From Azolla caroliniana (Eukaryota; Plantae; Polypodiophyta), in contig JBHGNT010000001.1 in the NCBI GenBank assembly GCA_043228905.1, forward strand, positions 10,850,001 through 10,914,000: 64,000 nucleotides of DNA. Reading direction: 5' to 3'. Numbering within the stretch: the first letter of the stretch is position 1; each line of letters starts with the position of its first letter. The translations under genes and the position numbers were made by a program. The notes under the pieces are model-generated. The model saw only the letters and a list, made by a program, of their open reading frames with translations. It had not been told where the DNA came from and made no database searches. Below are positions 1-12,692 of this stretch, piece by piece.

Positions 1-995
1 ATTCCTTGCATGAGAACCACACATACGAATTGACCATGTTGCCGAAAGGAAAGAGGGCACTCCAAAATAAGTGGGTATACAAGTTGAAGCCGGGAGAAAG
101 CGGGAATCCACCCAGATACAAAGCTCGAATCGTCGTAAAAGGCTTTCAACAAAAGAAGGGTGTGGATTTCAACAAAATATTTACCCCGGTAGTAAAGATG
201 ACGTCGATATGGACAGTGTTGAGCATGACACCCAACATGGACTTGGAGGTAGAGTAGTTAAATGTCAAGACTACCTTTTTGCATGGAGACCTAAAGGAAG
301 AGATCTACATGCAGCAGTTGGTATGCGGACCAAGGAAGAGTTTATACAGACTGATGGTACCGAAAGTTTGAATCCTTCATGGTGGATCACGTTTTCAACA
401 ACACACAAACCGATCATTGTGTTTTTGTTAAGAAATATGATCATGCAGAGACTTTCTCATCCTCCTATTGTATGTTGATGACATGTTAATTGTCGGATAG
501 GACCCAGAGAAAATCGGAAGCGTGAAGAAGGCCATGAGCAAGTCGTTTAGAATGAACGATATATGTCTGGCAAAGTAGATTCTGGATATGCACATTGTTA
601 AGAAGTTGTTATGGCTGTCACAAGAGAAATATGTGACAAAGGTGCTCCAGAGGTTCAACATGCAGAATGCAAAACCGGTCGGTTCAACATTACCGACAAA
701 CAGTAACCTATTCGGAAGTCAATGTCCGAAGAAGAAAACAGAGAAGGCTTATATAAGCAAGGTCCCATACACCTCAGCAGTCAAAAGCCTGATGCATGCA
801 CTAGTTTGCACCAGGCCGGACATTGCATATGCAGTCAAAGTTGTCAGCCGATATATGAGCAATCCTAGAAGAGAGCATTGGGCAATGATAAAGTGGATAC
901 ACTAGTACCTGAGGGGCACCTCGAGTGTGTGTCTTCGATGATGTGGCTCAGATAACTGCGTAATGGAAGGCTTCATGGATTCTGATATGTCGGGT
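1..995 (+). mobile_element. Ty1/copia reverse transcriptase fragment, degenerate
   Basis: WVYKLK..YKARIVVKGFQQKKGVDF, LYVDDMLI, CTRPDIAYAV, HWAMIKWI, EGFMDSDMSG motifs with several stops; truncated at ~995. Confidence 0.95.
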
Positions 996-3079
996 TGCAG
1001 CACGCTACGGTGTACCCAAAAAGTATTGTTTCTAACCACAAAAAATGTCAGTCCTTTCGATACTATTAGTACTAAATAGAAAAAAAAAAATCGATTTTGG
1101 GGAGTGGGGTGAGTGTAGTACAATTGACATTTAAGACAAGTTGTTTGGGGAATACGTTGTCATAGTGTATTTCGTACACTACGTGAAAAACGTATAAAAT
1201 AACCGATTGAATAAATATGAAGAAAAAGAAAGAAATATCAAAATATACATTACATGCAAAGGGCAAGATTCAAACGTTGTCCTTCCATGTTAATAATGTA
1301 AAGCCCTACCATTACACTAACACATCATAAGTGTTAGAAAAACAGATATCCCACATAAAAAGGTTTTTTCCACGCATATTTTCTAGGAAAAATGTTTAGT
1401 TAGAAGAAAAATGCATGATAGAAAAAAAAGTTACACATGCACATCTAGCGTGCATGAACACTACAGTCGATAAAAACTCATGAGGTTAGAAAAAGCATGA
1501 TCACTTTTAGAAGAATCATGTTAGAGAAAGCATATAGTCTATAGTTAGAGAAAAAGCATGGATTGCTAAGACTCTCTCATCACTATGTAAGGATGGGGAG
1601 CACAATGTAATAAGTGTGTGAAAATTTTGGAAATTGAATATATTTCTAAAACACCAATTAATGAATTATATTCGTGGGATTCACAAAATAAACTATACTC
1701 GTGGGATTCACGAGGTTGCTATATCTCTCTCTTTCAATCTAAATTCATATTCTTATCTTAATATTGATTAATCTAGTAAAATACATTATACTCGTGGGAT
1801 TCACGAGGTTTTACATCTCTTTCTTATAATCTACTCATATTCATAACTAGATTAGCCTCAAATTCTTCGTCCTCCTAGTCCAAAACCCCGGCAGTTCCCA
1901 CCCGACTCACGCAACGATCCAGCACCGAAAGGCACGACAACGTGACAAGATGTTCTTTCCATTTTGGGGGCTATTTTCCCCTCACGTGGATTTGAACGTT
2001 TTTTGGTGCTTCCCCTCAAACCAACTCCTCTCCCTATATCCCTCTGAGTTTCTTTGAGCTCTTCATCTCAGACATCCATGTCAGGTTTCGGGTTGTCCTC
2101 ACATCTCAGAGTTTTTTTATGCATGTATATCGTTAGAGTGCGTAAACCCTATCTCAGATATTTGGGTGCTTCAACATTAAACATGTTTTAGGGTTTGAGT
2201 TGAGGATTAGAGACTGATCTGAGGCCTCTTATAACAACCATTAGTGACTTCGTCAAGAACGATTTCCGGCTTCTTCCATTGATTGAAATTTTCATCTCGT
2301 GGTGATTTGAGGCTTATTCCACCAAGTTAAGGATCTTTCCACCGAATCGAGGCAAAATATGACACAGATTCGAAGCTCCCTCCACCGATTTGAGGTTCCT
2401 TCCACCAATTTGAGGCATATTATCGCTGAAATACGAGGCATCCTCCATCAATTTGAGGGTTTGTCTACCGATTGGAGGCACAATACCATTCATCTTCGTC
2501 ACTTCTTCCACTCATTTGAAAGTATCCCAATACCTGTTTAAGACTTCAACGATAATTTATTTGTTTGGTAAGCACCCCACCCCTATTCTTAATTTTGACA
2601 TTTTCGAAATTCTATCTAGTCTCATATTTGGAAATCTATTTTTTCATTTTCAATACTAAATTTTTTCATTTTCAGAAATCTATGAATAAAGAAATGATTA
2701 TTTTTCATTTTTGAAACGTATTTCTAATGTCCGAAATGAATGATTTCGCACTTTGCAAGCCGCATTTAAAAACATTTGACTGTGAACATAGGGTCATTTG
2801 AAACAGGTAATATGTCGCAATTTAAGAACAGTCCGTCCAAAAAAGGCACAAAGTAGGTCATTTCACAAAAAGGACCATCGCATGCGTAAAGGGTTTTGGA
2901 AATTGAATCAAAATATATTGATTTATACCATGTCCAAAAATTTAGGCCTTTTCAAAAAATGCCCCTAATAATCGACACGTGAAATTTAGAAGAGAACGTA
3001 CAAAAATTACAAAATGACTAACATGTATATTTATACATATTTGTGAATCGTCATATTGATGTAACATACAATATTTACA

Positions 3080-6000
3080 TTTCATATATGAGATCCATCA
3101 CTTCCCAGAGATACGCCTTCCCCTTCAGACCCACCCGATGAACTAGAAGAGCTTTGTGAGGTCTCATCCTCATCATCACTAGCAACCAATGCATTGTCTT
3201 CATCCAATTGCAATCCAACGTCACCGTGATTATGAGACATACTCCTTGTTCATCTCTGTGTTGCGTCAACAGGCACATCTGGGATCTTCTCTTTTATTAT
3301 CTTGATTGTACTCTGTCTTAGATGGCCTGTTTTGGTCAAGGAGTGTTAGGAATAGTACTAAAACAGAGAGAATTAGTACTAGAGAAGGGAAGTACTATTA
3401 GTACTAAGAGGACGGACTACGTAAGACTCACGAGAGAGAGATAGCGAAGGCGAGAGAGAGAGGATGATGATAACAGATCATATATTATGTGAAGAGTAAG
3501 TACAAAATAGCTATGAGGCTTGAGACTGGCGTTGAACCAATTTGGTTTGAAATAATGCCTTGTGCCGCTTTTTATAGTGTTCTCAGGAATAGTCCTGACG
3601 CTTCTAGAATGTTCCAGAGAAATCTGGAATATACAATAATTTTCTATAGTAAAACTTAAATGAAAATAGTATTCTACGTATTACAATAGATAATGTAATG
3701 GTCAAGAGCTAGACCCATACAACATAATGTTATGGGTTCGAGTCTTGCTATATCATGACAAGGAGAAGTCATACACGAGTATGTCGACATTATCAAGTGC
3801 TAGACTAGACGTGCTTAGTAGATTCTTTGTTCTTCGCTTTCAGCTTGTGCCTTCAACATCCTTAACCATCTCTAAAAAGTACTTCCTAGTAAAATTATGC
3901 ATCTTTGGAGGAGGTAGGATACCAATGAACCATAATAGACTTTACTTGATTGCCTTTATCATCCTTAATAATTTCAATGATGTTGCCCCCAGATAATGTC
4001 GCAACCAACATACCAACTTGTAGCTCATGTAGATTACCTTGCCACCTTTCCTCTGTAGCATGTGATAATCTTGGTCCCACGTAAATATCTCTTTGTCGTG
4101 GACGAACTAGATTATTCAATTCAAGATTATCTAGTGGTTGTAAAGGAGCCGTGCTTGCCATTGATGGGCCACCAAGCCTCCATACGAATTGATTTTGTAG
4201 TGGCCAGTACCCTGAAAAGTGGTTATCTAATATCGTATGTTGATGATTAAGGAAGACATCCCACCAATCCACATACTGATCACCAGCGTACTTTTTGGTT
4301 CGCTCAATATTTTTCTGTTTTTCCTCAAGACCCCACATCCAATATATCTTTTGATATTCAATTGAACTACCAATGACCAATCTTTTATGGTCGTCATAGA
4401 GCATTTGCTCAGCATCCTAGATTATTGCATCTGGGAAATGCAATAAGAGCCTACAATCATCTTGTGGCTCCCATTGCGAACTAGATGACTATTGTTTGGC
4501 ATACAAAATGGTCTGGTTGTGACCGACCACACCTTTTTGGATGAGGAAGACATGGTTAAAACTTATATTATTAAGCGGGGCAAGAACCCTACATCCAGTC
4601 CCATCACCATCCAAACAGAAACGCTTGATATCATATACTTCATCTAAATGTTTCACATCTGGCTTCGGGGTTATAAGCTTCAATAATCAACCTTGATAGC
4701 ACAGGAGTATGAAAGCATCGCACCTCGCTAATTTCTTGGAGAACCTACTAAACATTTTATCTATGTGATCATGTGTATGACCAACTAGCAAGAAGTTGAC
4801 CTTAATCTTTTTGAAAAGACCATTGTTTACTAACATGCTCAGGTAACCAAACACAATCGAGTTATTGTTTTCTCTCGCCGTGTTGTCAAGTTGCACGTAT
4901 AGTACTGGTGGGAGTAAACCTTGCCAATTTTGCAAAACTCTTTGCATGACTGTAACTGTAAGATTAGGGTCGTTGTGGATATTTGGATAAGTTAAGAACA
5001 CTAGAGGCCTTATTGTCTGACAATACAAAAGACATCCTACTAAGTGCATCTGCACTAGGCATTCATCTCCAATATCCTTGGGCAATCTTCGACAATGTCG
5101 CAAACAAGTTTTCTTTTGATCCACCCCATCTATAATCAAGCACATGTATCTTTCTAGTGATTGAAGCACTTTTTGACAATGGTGCATAGCTTTAGATCTT
5201 TCCAACGCTTGGCTTTCTCGATGCTCTCTCAATAAAGTCTTATATTTTGTTATTTCTTCATTTGTTGTCCCACTCTTTGCCAAGCTTTTTAAACTCGCGT
5301 AAATCGAACAAACACCCATCCGGACCTTGCGGGGTATGACCACATTGTTAAATTTGATCTCCATAAATGATTGAAATGCCTATATTGTATATAAGCTTCA
5401 CTTTCTAATAACATGTCATCCTTATAGGCTTGGTATACCTCACGAAGAGTGAAGTTATCTGACAAATGTAACCTTCCCGTGGTGGGCATAACATCACATT
5501 GCTTCGAGAAATAAATCTCCATCCACCTAACAGCATGTCGCCCAATCAGGCCCTTACATGAAGATTCTCTATTGTTGAAAGACATCCACCACCCCTTCAG
5601 TAATCAATGTTGAATTCTCTGTAGCCTCATGTTCCCGATGCTAAAAGCAATTTTAAAAGCAACTCGACAACTCTTCGTAGTAAGTGAAAGGTAATATTCC
5701 ACCGGTTGAGAACACAACACTGCTAGATAGTCCTTAACAAGTTGCATATTGGCAATCAAGAATGTATCTTGTTCGTCGCCATTGAGAGACAAATACTTGT
5801 GTCGCAACCCCCGCAATCAAGCAGTACTCTTTCAATGGGAACTCGATGCAGTGCAACGAGTTCCCGTTGCATCGAGTTCTCATTGAAAAAAGGGATCTTT
5901 ATGATCAATTGATTAGATTTGGTCAAATTTTTTGTTGTTTTTTGGTCTACTTCTTCAAGTTTTTTATGTAACATACTATACAAAAACGTATGATTTTTGC

Positions 6001-6231
6001 TAATTTTTCCCTTATTTAAGAGATCTATATTGTTTACTATTAACATTATTGCCATATCCTTGTGTCATGACTTGTTGTTTTTAGTGAGCCACAACAAAAG
6101 GTGTCGTGCTTCAAACTTAAAATTCCATCACCAACAAAAAGACCTTCTGACACCATGATTAAAGCTGATTCTTGCAAAACATTTATCGAGTCAGGAGGTG
6201 ACGACAACTCAAAGTCTTTTGCTGGTATCAC
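3080..6231 (-). pseudogene. Sola-like DDD transposase, frameshifted and with stops; C-terminus split by a solo LTR
   Basis: Stitched ORFs give SCRVAFKIAFSIGNMRLQRI, CDVMPTTGRLHL, F..LWRSKFNNVVIPRKVRMGVCSI, CLIIDGVDQKKT, LYVQLDNTARENNN, KVNFLLVGHTHDHIDKMFS. The C-terminal VYDFS|LTKTGHLRQSTIKII is rejoined across 3344-3760. Confidence 0.85.
3344..3760 (-). mobile_element. Ty3/gypsy solo LTR (same family as 12726-13164)
   Basis: TG...CA ends, perfect 5-bp TSD AGGAG (3339-3343 and 3761-3765), and the reverse complement aligns along the 12726-13164 LTR. Confidence 0.95.
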
Positions 6232-6689
6232 GCCAAATACTTCAGGCGAAAAGAGTGGGGAGCCTCGCCTGAAGAGCTACCCCCATGTGGAGTGGACACT
6301 GATCTACACCGAGGAAGAAGGGGACCTCCTTCTTATTCTTGCAAAGTCTAAAGGTGAAGGCAAGTTGCAGGTGGGAAAGACATTCACCTATGGCTACGTA
6401 CAAAGCATCGAATGTGAAGACAACGACTCATCGAACCTCTTCATCGATGTTGATAGCTCGGTGGGGTTTCGCAGAGTCAAGATCGATAAACGTAATTTCA
6501 TAACTAACTCTTGCCACCCTAAAGCTCTAAAAAAGGATGTTCAGACAAAAACCAACTTGATTATTGCTTTGTGCCCATACATTGCGGGAGAGCTGATGGT
6601 CACACAAGCAACAACCCCACCAAAGTCTACCAAGAAGTCCAAACCGGACCATAAGAAGTACAAGAAAAGGCAGCAACCAGAAGAGGACG

Positions 6690-8312
6690 CAACAAATATT
6701 ACGGTATGTCAGCGGCACTAAGGACCGGGGACTGCTATACCGGTGAGGTATACCCGAAGAGCTTGTCGGTTACACAGATGCTGACTGGGCCGGCGATGCG
6801 TGTGATCGCCGCTCCACTTCCGGATACATGTTCTCCATAGGTAGTGCGGCCGTTGCGTGGAGCAGCAAGAAGCAGCCCACAGTGGCTTTGTCAAGCACTG
6901 AGGCTGAGTACCGGGCCTCTATCGTTGCCACTTGTGAAGCCATCTGGCTTCGGCGACTGCTGCGAGACTTGCGGATCGAGGTACCGACCCCGATCCCGAT
7001 TTACTGCGATAAAATGAGCAGCCTGCAACTCGCCAGGAACCCTGTGTTCCATGCTCGCACAAAGCACATCGAGGTGCACTACCACTTCGTGCGTAAGCAA
7101 GTCCTGAGTGGTGAAGTTGACCTACGGTATGTTCATACGGATCGGCAAGTTGCCGACATCTTCACCAAGCCACTCGGATCAGACAAGTTGCAGCACTTTA
7201 CCAACATGCTTGGTGTTCAGCATCTCGACGTGCCGCACTTGAGGGGGAGAAGCAAGGGCAAAGTCCCTATCGAAACGGGCAAAGGCAAAAATACTGTTGA
7301 ACCCGTCGGTAAGAGGAGAGCCAGAAGAAGAGGAGACAAGAAGATGAAGGAAGCCGAGTCGACGAAGGAAGTCGACACATCCGAACAGGTCGGAGCAAGC
7401 AGTTGTGAAGAAGAGTTGTGCACTCAGGAAGAGAAGCGCATGCTGTGCGGAGGTCATCACGACGGTATTGACCATGATACAGAGTCAAATGAAGAATTCG
7501 ATTTCGGTTCGCCGGCTAAAGAAGCCGAGGGAAGCATGGAGAAGGCCAGGACTCGGAAGTGGTTCGATGTGGTGAGAGGCCTGACGCCGGAGGTCGAATC
7601 AGAGTGTACCGATTCGGACAAGAGCTGGAACAAGTCGGAGACAGCTGACTCGGATCAACAGATGGATCCGGATGAGACGGATCGATTGAAGGCCAAGGGG
7701 ACACGGACACAGCGGAAGTCGATGCCATCGTGGGAGAACCGACGGATCGGCAAGCGCCGGAGTCACAGCAACGTGAGTGCTGAGATGGGCCTATTGAGCA
7801 GACATGCCGACCGAGAGGGTCAAGGCGCGCAGAACCAAAGGGGTCGCGGCAAATGGGACCGGACCAGACGAGGAGCGCGAGCAAGGCGGAGTGACGCCAG
7901 GAGAAGTCGGTTGGAAGAACCGACTGCCACAAAGGTCGACACTACGACCCTACCTCAGGTTGAGCTTGAGCGGGAGTGTTGAGCGGAAAGCTCAACCGGA
8001 GCCGGATCGGCTGAATAAGCCGGAGCCGGTGAGCGAAACGGATCGGGCGAAACGGATCGGTGTGACGGTGAGCAACCGAACCGGCAAGCAGTGGAGGCCG
8101 GGTGCAATCTGTAACCGGAAGTCCAATCGGAAGCCTAGTATAGGATAGACTACTAGGTAGCTATAGTCTCGTAGTAAGTGTCAGATGCTCGTGTGAGCAT
8201 TGAAGTACATGGTACTTCTGTCAGTCCCAAGAGGACTTGTATAAATAGTGCTACTTAGCACAGTGTGTGTACAGAGTCTTGATATAATTTTTGGAAATTA
8301 CGTTCTGCTCTC

Positions 8313-8357
<45 letters not shown>

Positions 8358-8409
8358 TGTTCTCTGTTTTACGCTTCCGCAAACACTTACGTTTACACTT
8401 CTTTTCACA
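6690..8409 (+). mobile_element. Ty1/copia 3' end: late RT, RNase H with long in-frame tail, PPT, 3' LTR (~7977-8409)
   Basis: [67 protein letters not shown] ttgagcgggag precedes TGTTGAG at 7977. LTR end at ...cttttcaca is inferred. Confidence 0.9.
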
Positions 8410-9599
8410 GTCCTCATGTGTGGAAGATGTGCTTCCAGAGTCTGCCTCTGTGCCAAGGATAGTCCCATAATCTGACTCTTCACTTGTGCTCCATATAGTT
8501 CCTGATTCGTTATATGGTTGCTCTTGTAAACCTAAATAATGGGATCCTAGAGAATCTCAATATCAACTCACATGCTCAAAAGTTTGCAAACATACCAGTA
8601 ACTATAAACATAGGAGGTTAATAGCCACATTTTTACCTATTGTTACATCGTCATTCTGTACCACTGTAGACAACCCATTGCAAGTAGTAGGGTCAGTCAT
8701 CTTCTCCACAACATCTAAGTGTTCATCAGATTTAGGGATGGTGTCAATCGCAGGTGGGCTCATTGTCAATAGAAGCTTTCATAATAGTATCTATAGAAGC
8801 ACCAAAAGCACCATTATAATAGGGTTGTTCTGATCTAAATAATTGTTTTCTTAGAGGGCTTTTGACGGTACCTGGGAGTGTGATAAATTCGTCTTCATGA
8901 TCAGGCTTTGGACTCGTATCTCCCTCTCCTAAGATCATTTCGTCATCAGCTAGTAACACAAGTACATGGTATTAGTCGACGCATTAGGTTGACAACTCTC
9001 CCGACATGTGAGAACATATATGACTCACCATTGCATTCAACTATGCCTTTCTTGTCCTTTCCATACAACTTCCTTGCAGCATTCCTCTTCTTAGTGGGCT
9101 CTTTTTTAAAGACATCATGCATTCAACATACACACAAATGAGAAATAAGATGCAAAACCACAATTTGTGTTACCTGGATTGTTGTGATGTTGACCAGAGC
9201 TTGAGGAATTTGTTTGCAGAAGCACATGTTCCACTTCTCCAATGGCCCTTCTCATACATTCATCTTCATCATAAAACTCATTGGTTACTAGTAATGAAGG
9301 TCCCTGAACCTTGGAATGCAGCAGATACCGAGGGTTTAGGCACAGGAGTTGGTTGTTCCATTATCTTCCTTGGCGTGGAGTTGCTTGACACTACAACATT
9401 CATTGCAAGAAACAAAAAAACCTTCGACATTAGTACCTTGATATAAAAAATACAATGTAGGTCACATCTTCGGTGAACAATGTACTACAAGTATAGTGTG
9501 TACTACACTAGTACTGGGCAAGTTGTAATATAGATTGGACTAACATCTAATCCAACGAATACATCTAAACAGCTTCCTACTTTAGTACTAAAGTGGTAT

Positions 9600-9970
9600 T
9601 TTGCACACAAGTAATACTAATCGTAATGTGTTCTAAACACCTAATTCCCAAATTACACAAACAGTACTAATCTTCAGCAATTTACTACACACCGTGTTCC
9701 CAAATTACATAACTAGTACTAATCGTGAACAATGTACTACACAGCTAATTCCCAAATTACACAAATAGTACTAATAGTGAACAATGTACTACAAGTATAA
9801 TGTGTAATCGTGATATGTGTTGCACACACTTAATTCCCAAATTAAACAAATAGTACTAATCGTTAACAATGTTCTACACACCATGTTCTCAAATTACATA
9901 ACTAGTATCAATCCTGAACAATGTACTACACACCTTGTTCCCAAATTACTCAAATAGTACTAATCGTGGA
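9600..9970. repeat. ~52-bp tandem minisatellite inside the DNA transposon
   Basis: About 6-7 degenerate copies of ttcccaaattacacaaatagtactaatcgtgaacaatgtactacacaccgtg. Confidence 0.85.
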
Positions 9971-10182
9971 AAATATCCGTACAACTACCCATAATAATTA
10001 TATATTAAGACTTGAAAACCCTTCTTGATTGACATTAGAGTACTACACGCCTATCGAGATGTGATGAATGCACCAGTACTAACCCCACATAAATAGGGTT
10101 CCACATATTAGTTGTTGGAGAGACACTAGTACTAATCCATTGTTTTCCTAATTTGAAGTATGAATTGTGGCCTACACCAGTT

Positions 10183-11585
10183 CTAAACCAAATGTAAATT
10201 GACATCATATAATACAAACAATAGAATAGTATCTAGCCACATACTATACGGGTGTACTTTTAAACCCCAAGCATAGTACCATTCAGCAACAACTGTACTT
10301 TTACAATCCATACATGTATTTTCTTCCTCAAAATGGTACTTAGCACATAGCACATGATATGTGTGCAAGCACAGTGTAATCACAACATCCATAGCCTCAA
10401 GCTTGAATCCGAGGCCACAAAATATACAAATGGCAGTTTGCAAACACTAGTAATAATATATTAGCTAATATGATATTTATACCACAGAAGTAAAAATAAA
10501 TAACTTATAAAGCCAATACCGTGATATAGCTATACTTGTATTGGTACTTTCCATACCACTTGGGTGCTCAATTACAAAATGGACACAAAGTTTCAAAACC
10601 TTTCTGTTTTAAATCCTGCATCAAGCACGCAAGGTTCTCAAAATGCGGCTTTAAAGCTGACAACTTATTATCTAGTTCGCAATGTGCATTTCTACAAGTA
10701 TCAAGGTCTCTCATTTGTGATCCTAATTGAGTGGCCATATTGTTCAGCTCTTTCTTCAACTCCTCTTTCAACGCCTCACTTTCTAAATTTTGGATTGTCG
10801 ATGCAATCCATTCATATGTAGTCTTTATTGAAGAGAATTGCTTTTTTACCTGTATCTCAGCTGATTTAACTGCATCCAAATCAGCAAGCAGTGCTTGTAT
10901 TCTTGAGCTCATGGAAGCTATGCAACCGGCCATCATTTGTTCATGCTTTTCAGTCATTGTGGCCCTTACGTTTGTAGATTGAACTTGGTGGACAGGTGTC
11001 CTAGCCGGAATATCCACATGAGAGGTTGTCGATGACTTCAAGCCAGTGTTGGTACTGGAGGATCCTCTATAATGTTCTGATCGGTGACAATTAAAATCTT
11101 CTCAATCTACGTCGATGCCACCCTGAACTTCACATGCAAATGCACGTGCAAAAACAGTACCCACCTCATTGTTACAAATTTGATTAGTATCATAAACATG
11201 TTCATATATCGTCTTCAATAAGTTCACATATTCCTTCTTCAACCCACTTATGTGGAATCCTCGCCTTGTATCGGGATCTAGTGATCCCCAGGTTTTTATC
11301 AACCACTCTCTCAAATCTTCATAAACTTCAGGTCATGCTCGAAGGAAATAACGTCATCTGAGAGGTGTGCCTCGAATGATGGAGTGGCACATATTCTTCC
11401 CCTGAGTTGATGAGTTCATCACCCTTTCTCTTGTGGGTGTCTTCTTGCTTTCTTTGATAGGTGTCCTTTTTCTTTCCTTCACTAGTGTCTTCACTTTCTC
11501 TTTCACCAATGTCTTCTTTATGGGTGTCTTTTTTCATCATTGTCCTGGTCTTCACTATTCTTGTTGAAAGAATATGCGTGTACAA
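10183..11585 (-). pseudogene. Transposon cargo gene: acidic/basic N-terminus, uncharacterised domain, coiled coil, RING-H2 finger
   Basis: ORFs 11102-11314 and 10568-11041 are in one frame, separated by a single TGA. Heptad-rich segment present. After a probable short intron: CIFC-x15-CLHTYHVLC-x10-CMDC, which is C3H2C3 RING-H2 spacing. Confidence 0.75.
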
Positions 11586-12551
11586 GAAGAAAACTCATCA
11601 AAATACCATCAACAACCAGCAAATCATCATAGCCAATTCAATCTAAGTTGCATGTACAAGTCTCTTCTTGGACAGAGGACAAAAACTCATCCATGTCAAA
11701 CACACACAAAATCAAAATAGTCGGACATGAAACATAGAGAATACAAAAACATACCAGGTGGACATGCAACACAGAGAATATGAAAAATCAAACCCTAAAC
11801 CATAAAGGCAACACAAAGAATACCTGGAGGTTGTACAAGTTGTTGATGGAACGATGCGAGCCAAGGTCAAGGCAAAGGTACCACACCATGTTGATGTATT
11901 CACCTTGGGAGCACACCAAGCTTAGGAAATCACCTATATGCAAGAGGTCGTTGATGAGGTCGTGCAGAGGAGACAAACGAGCATACACAGAGTTCAGGGA
12001 ACGTAGGGAAACAGCAAGAACAACGAGCATAGAGGGGAAACAACCATCTCTGCATATACATAGTTTAGAGAACGTAAGGAAACAGCAAGAACAACGAGGA
12101 GAGAGGGGAAACAACAATCTCTGCGTATACAGAGTTCAAATATCATAGGGAAACATCAAGAACAACAACCACAGAGGGAACAGAGTAAGAACAACACGGG
12201 AAAACGGAGAATCAAAGGTGGAGTGAGAGAGAGCAAGAGAGAGAGAGAGAGAGAGAGAGATAGGTAATATGTGCAATTGATAGAAACTTTCTATCACTGT
12301 CCGACTGAAAAATTTGAGACAGAAGAGAGAGAGAGAAACTGACCAACTGACACGTTTGAAATCTTCTCCAAGTCTGCTTTTGTACAACTCTACCTAGGAG
12401 AATGAAGTTATAGTTAATGTATTAAATACGGCCGTGGAACACTTCGATTGTGACCTATAATATCTTTGTACATTCGTATTGAATCTGTTATTTGAATTCG
12501 AACCTCATTCAATGGATGATGATCCACTATTTTCTGTAGTAATTGTTTTAT

Positions 12552-12692
12552 TTTCAATTTTTTATGTTTATTTTCTTCCTCGATTTAGTACTAAATTTTT
12601 AGCCAAAAGTTGGTACAAACAATTACTTTCAATTTTTTATGTTTATTTTCTTCCTCGATTTAGTACTAAATTTTTAGCCAAAAGTTGGTACA
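12552..12692. repeat. Direct duplication of a ~66-bp subterminal segment (period 75 bp)
   Basis: tttcaattttttatgtttattttcttcctcgatttagtactaaatttttagccaaaagttggtaca occurs twice. Confidence 0.95.

Noticed and set aside
9600-9970. CRISPR-like array
   Set aside because: Whole units repeat without unique spacers, the context is eukaryotic, and no cas genes are present.
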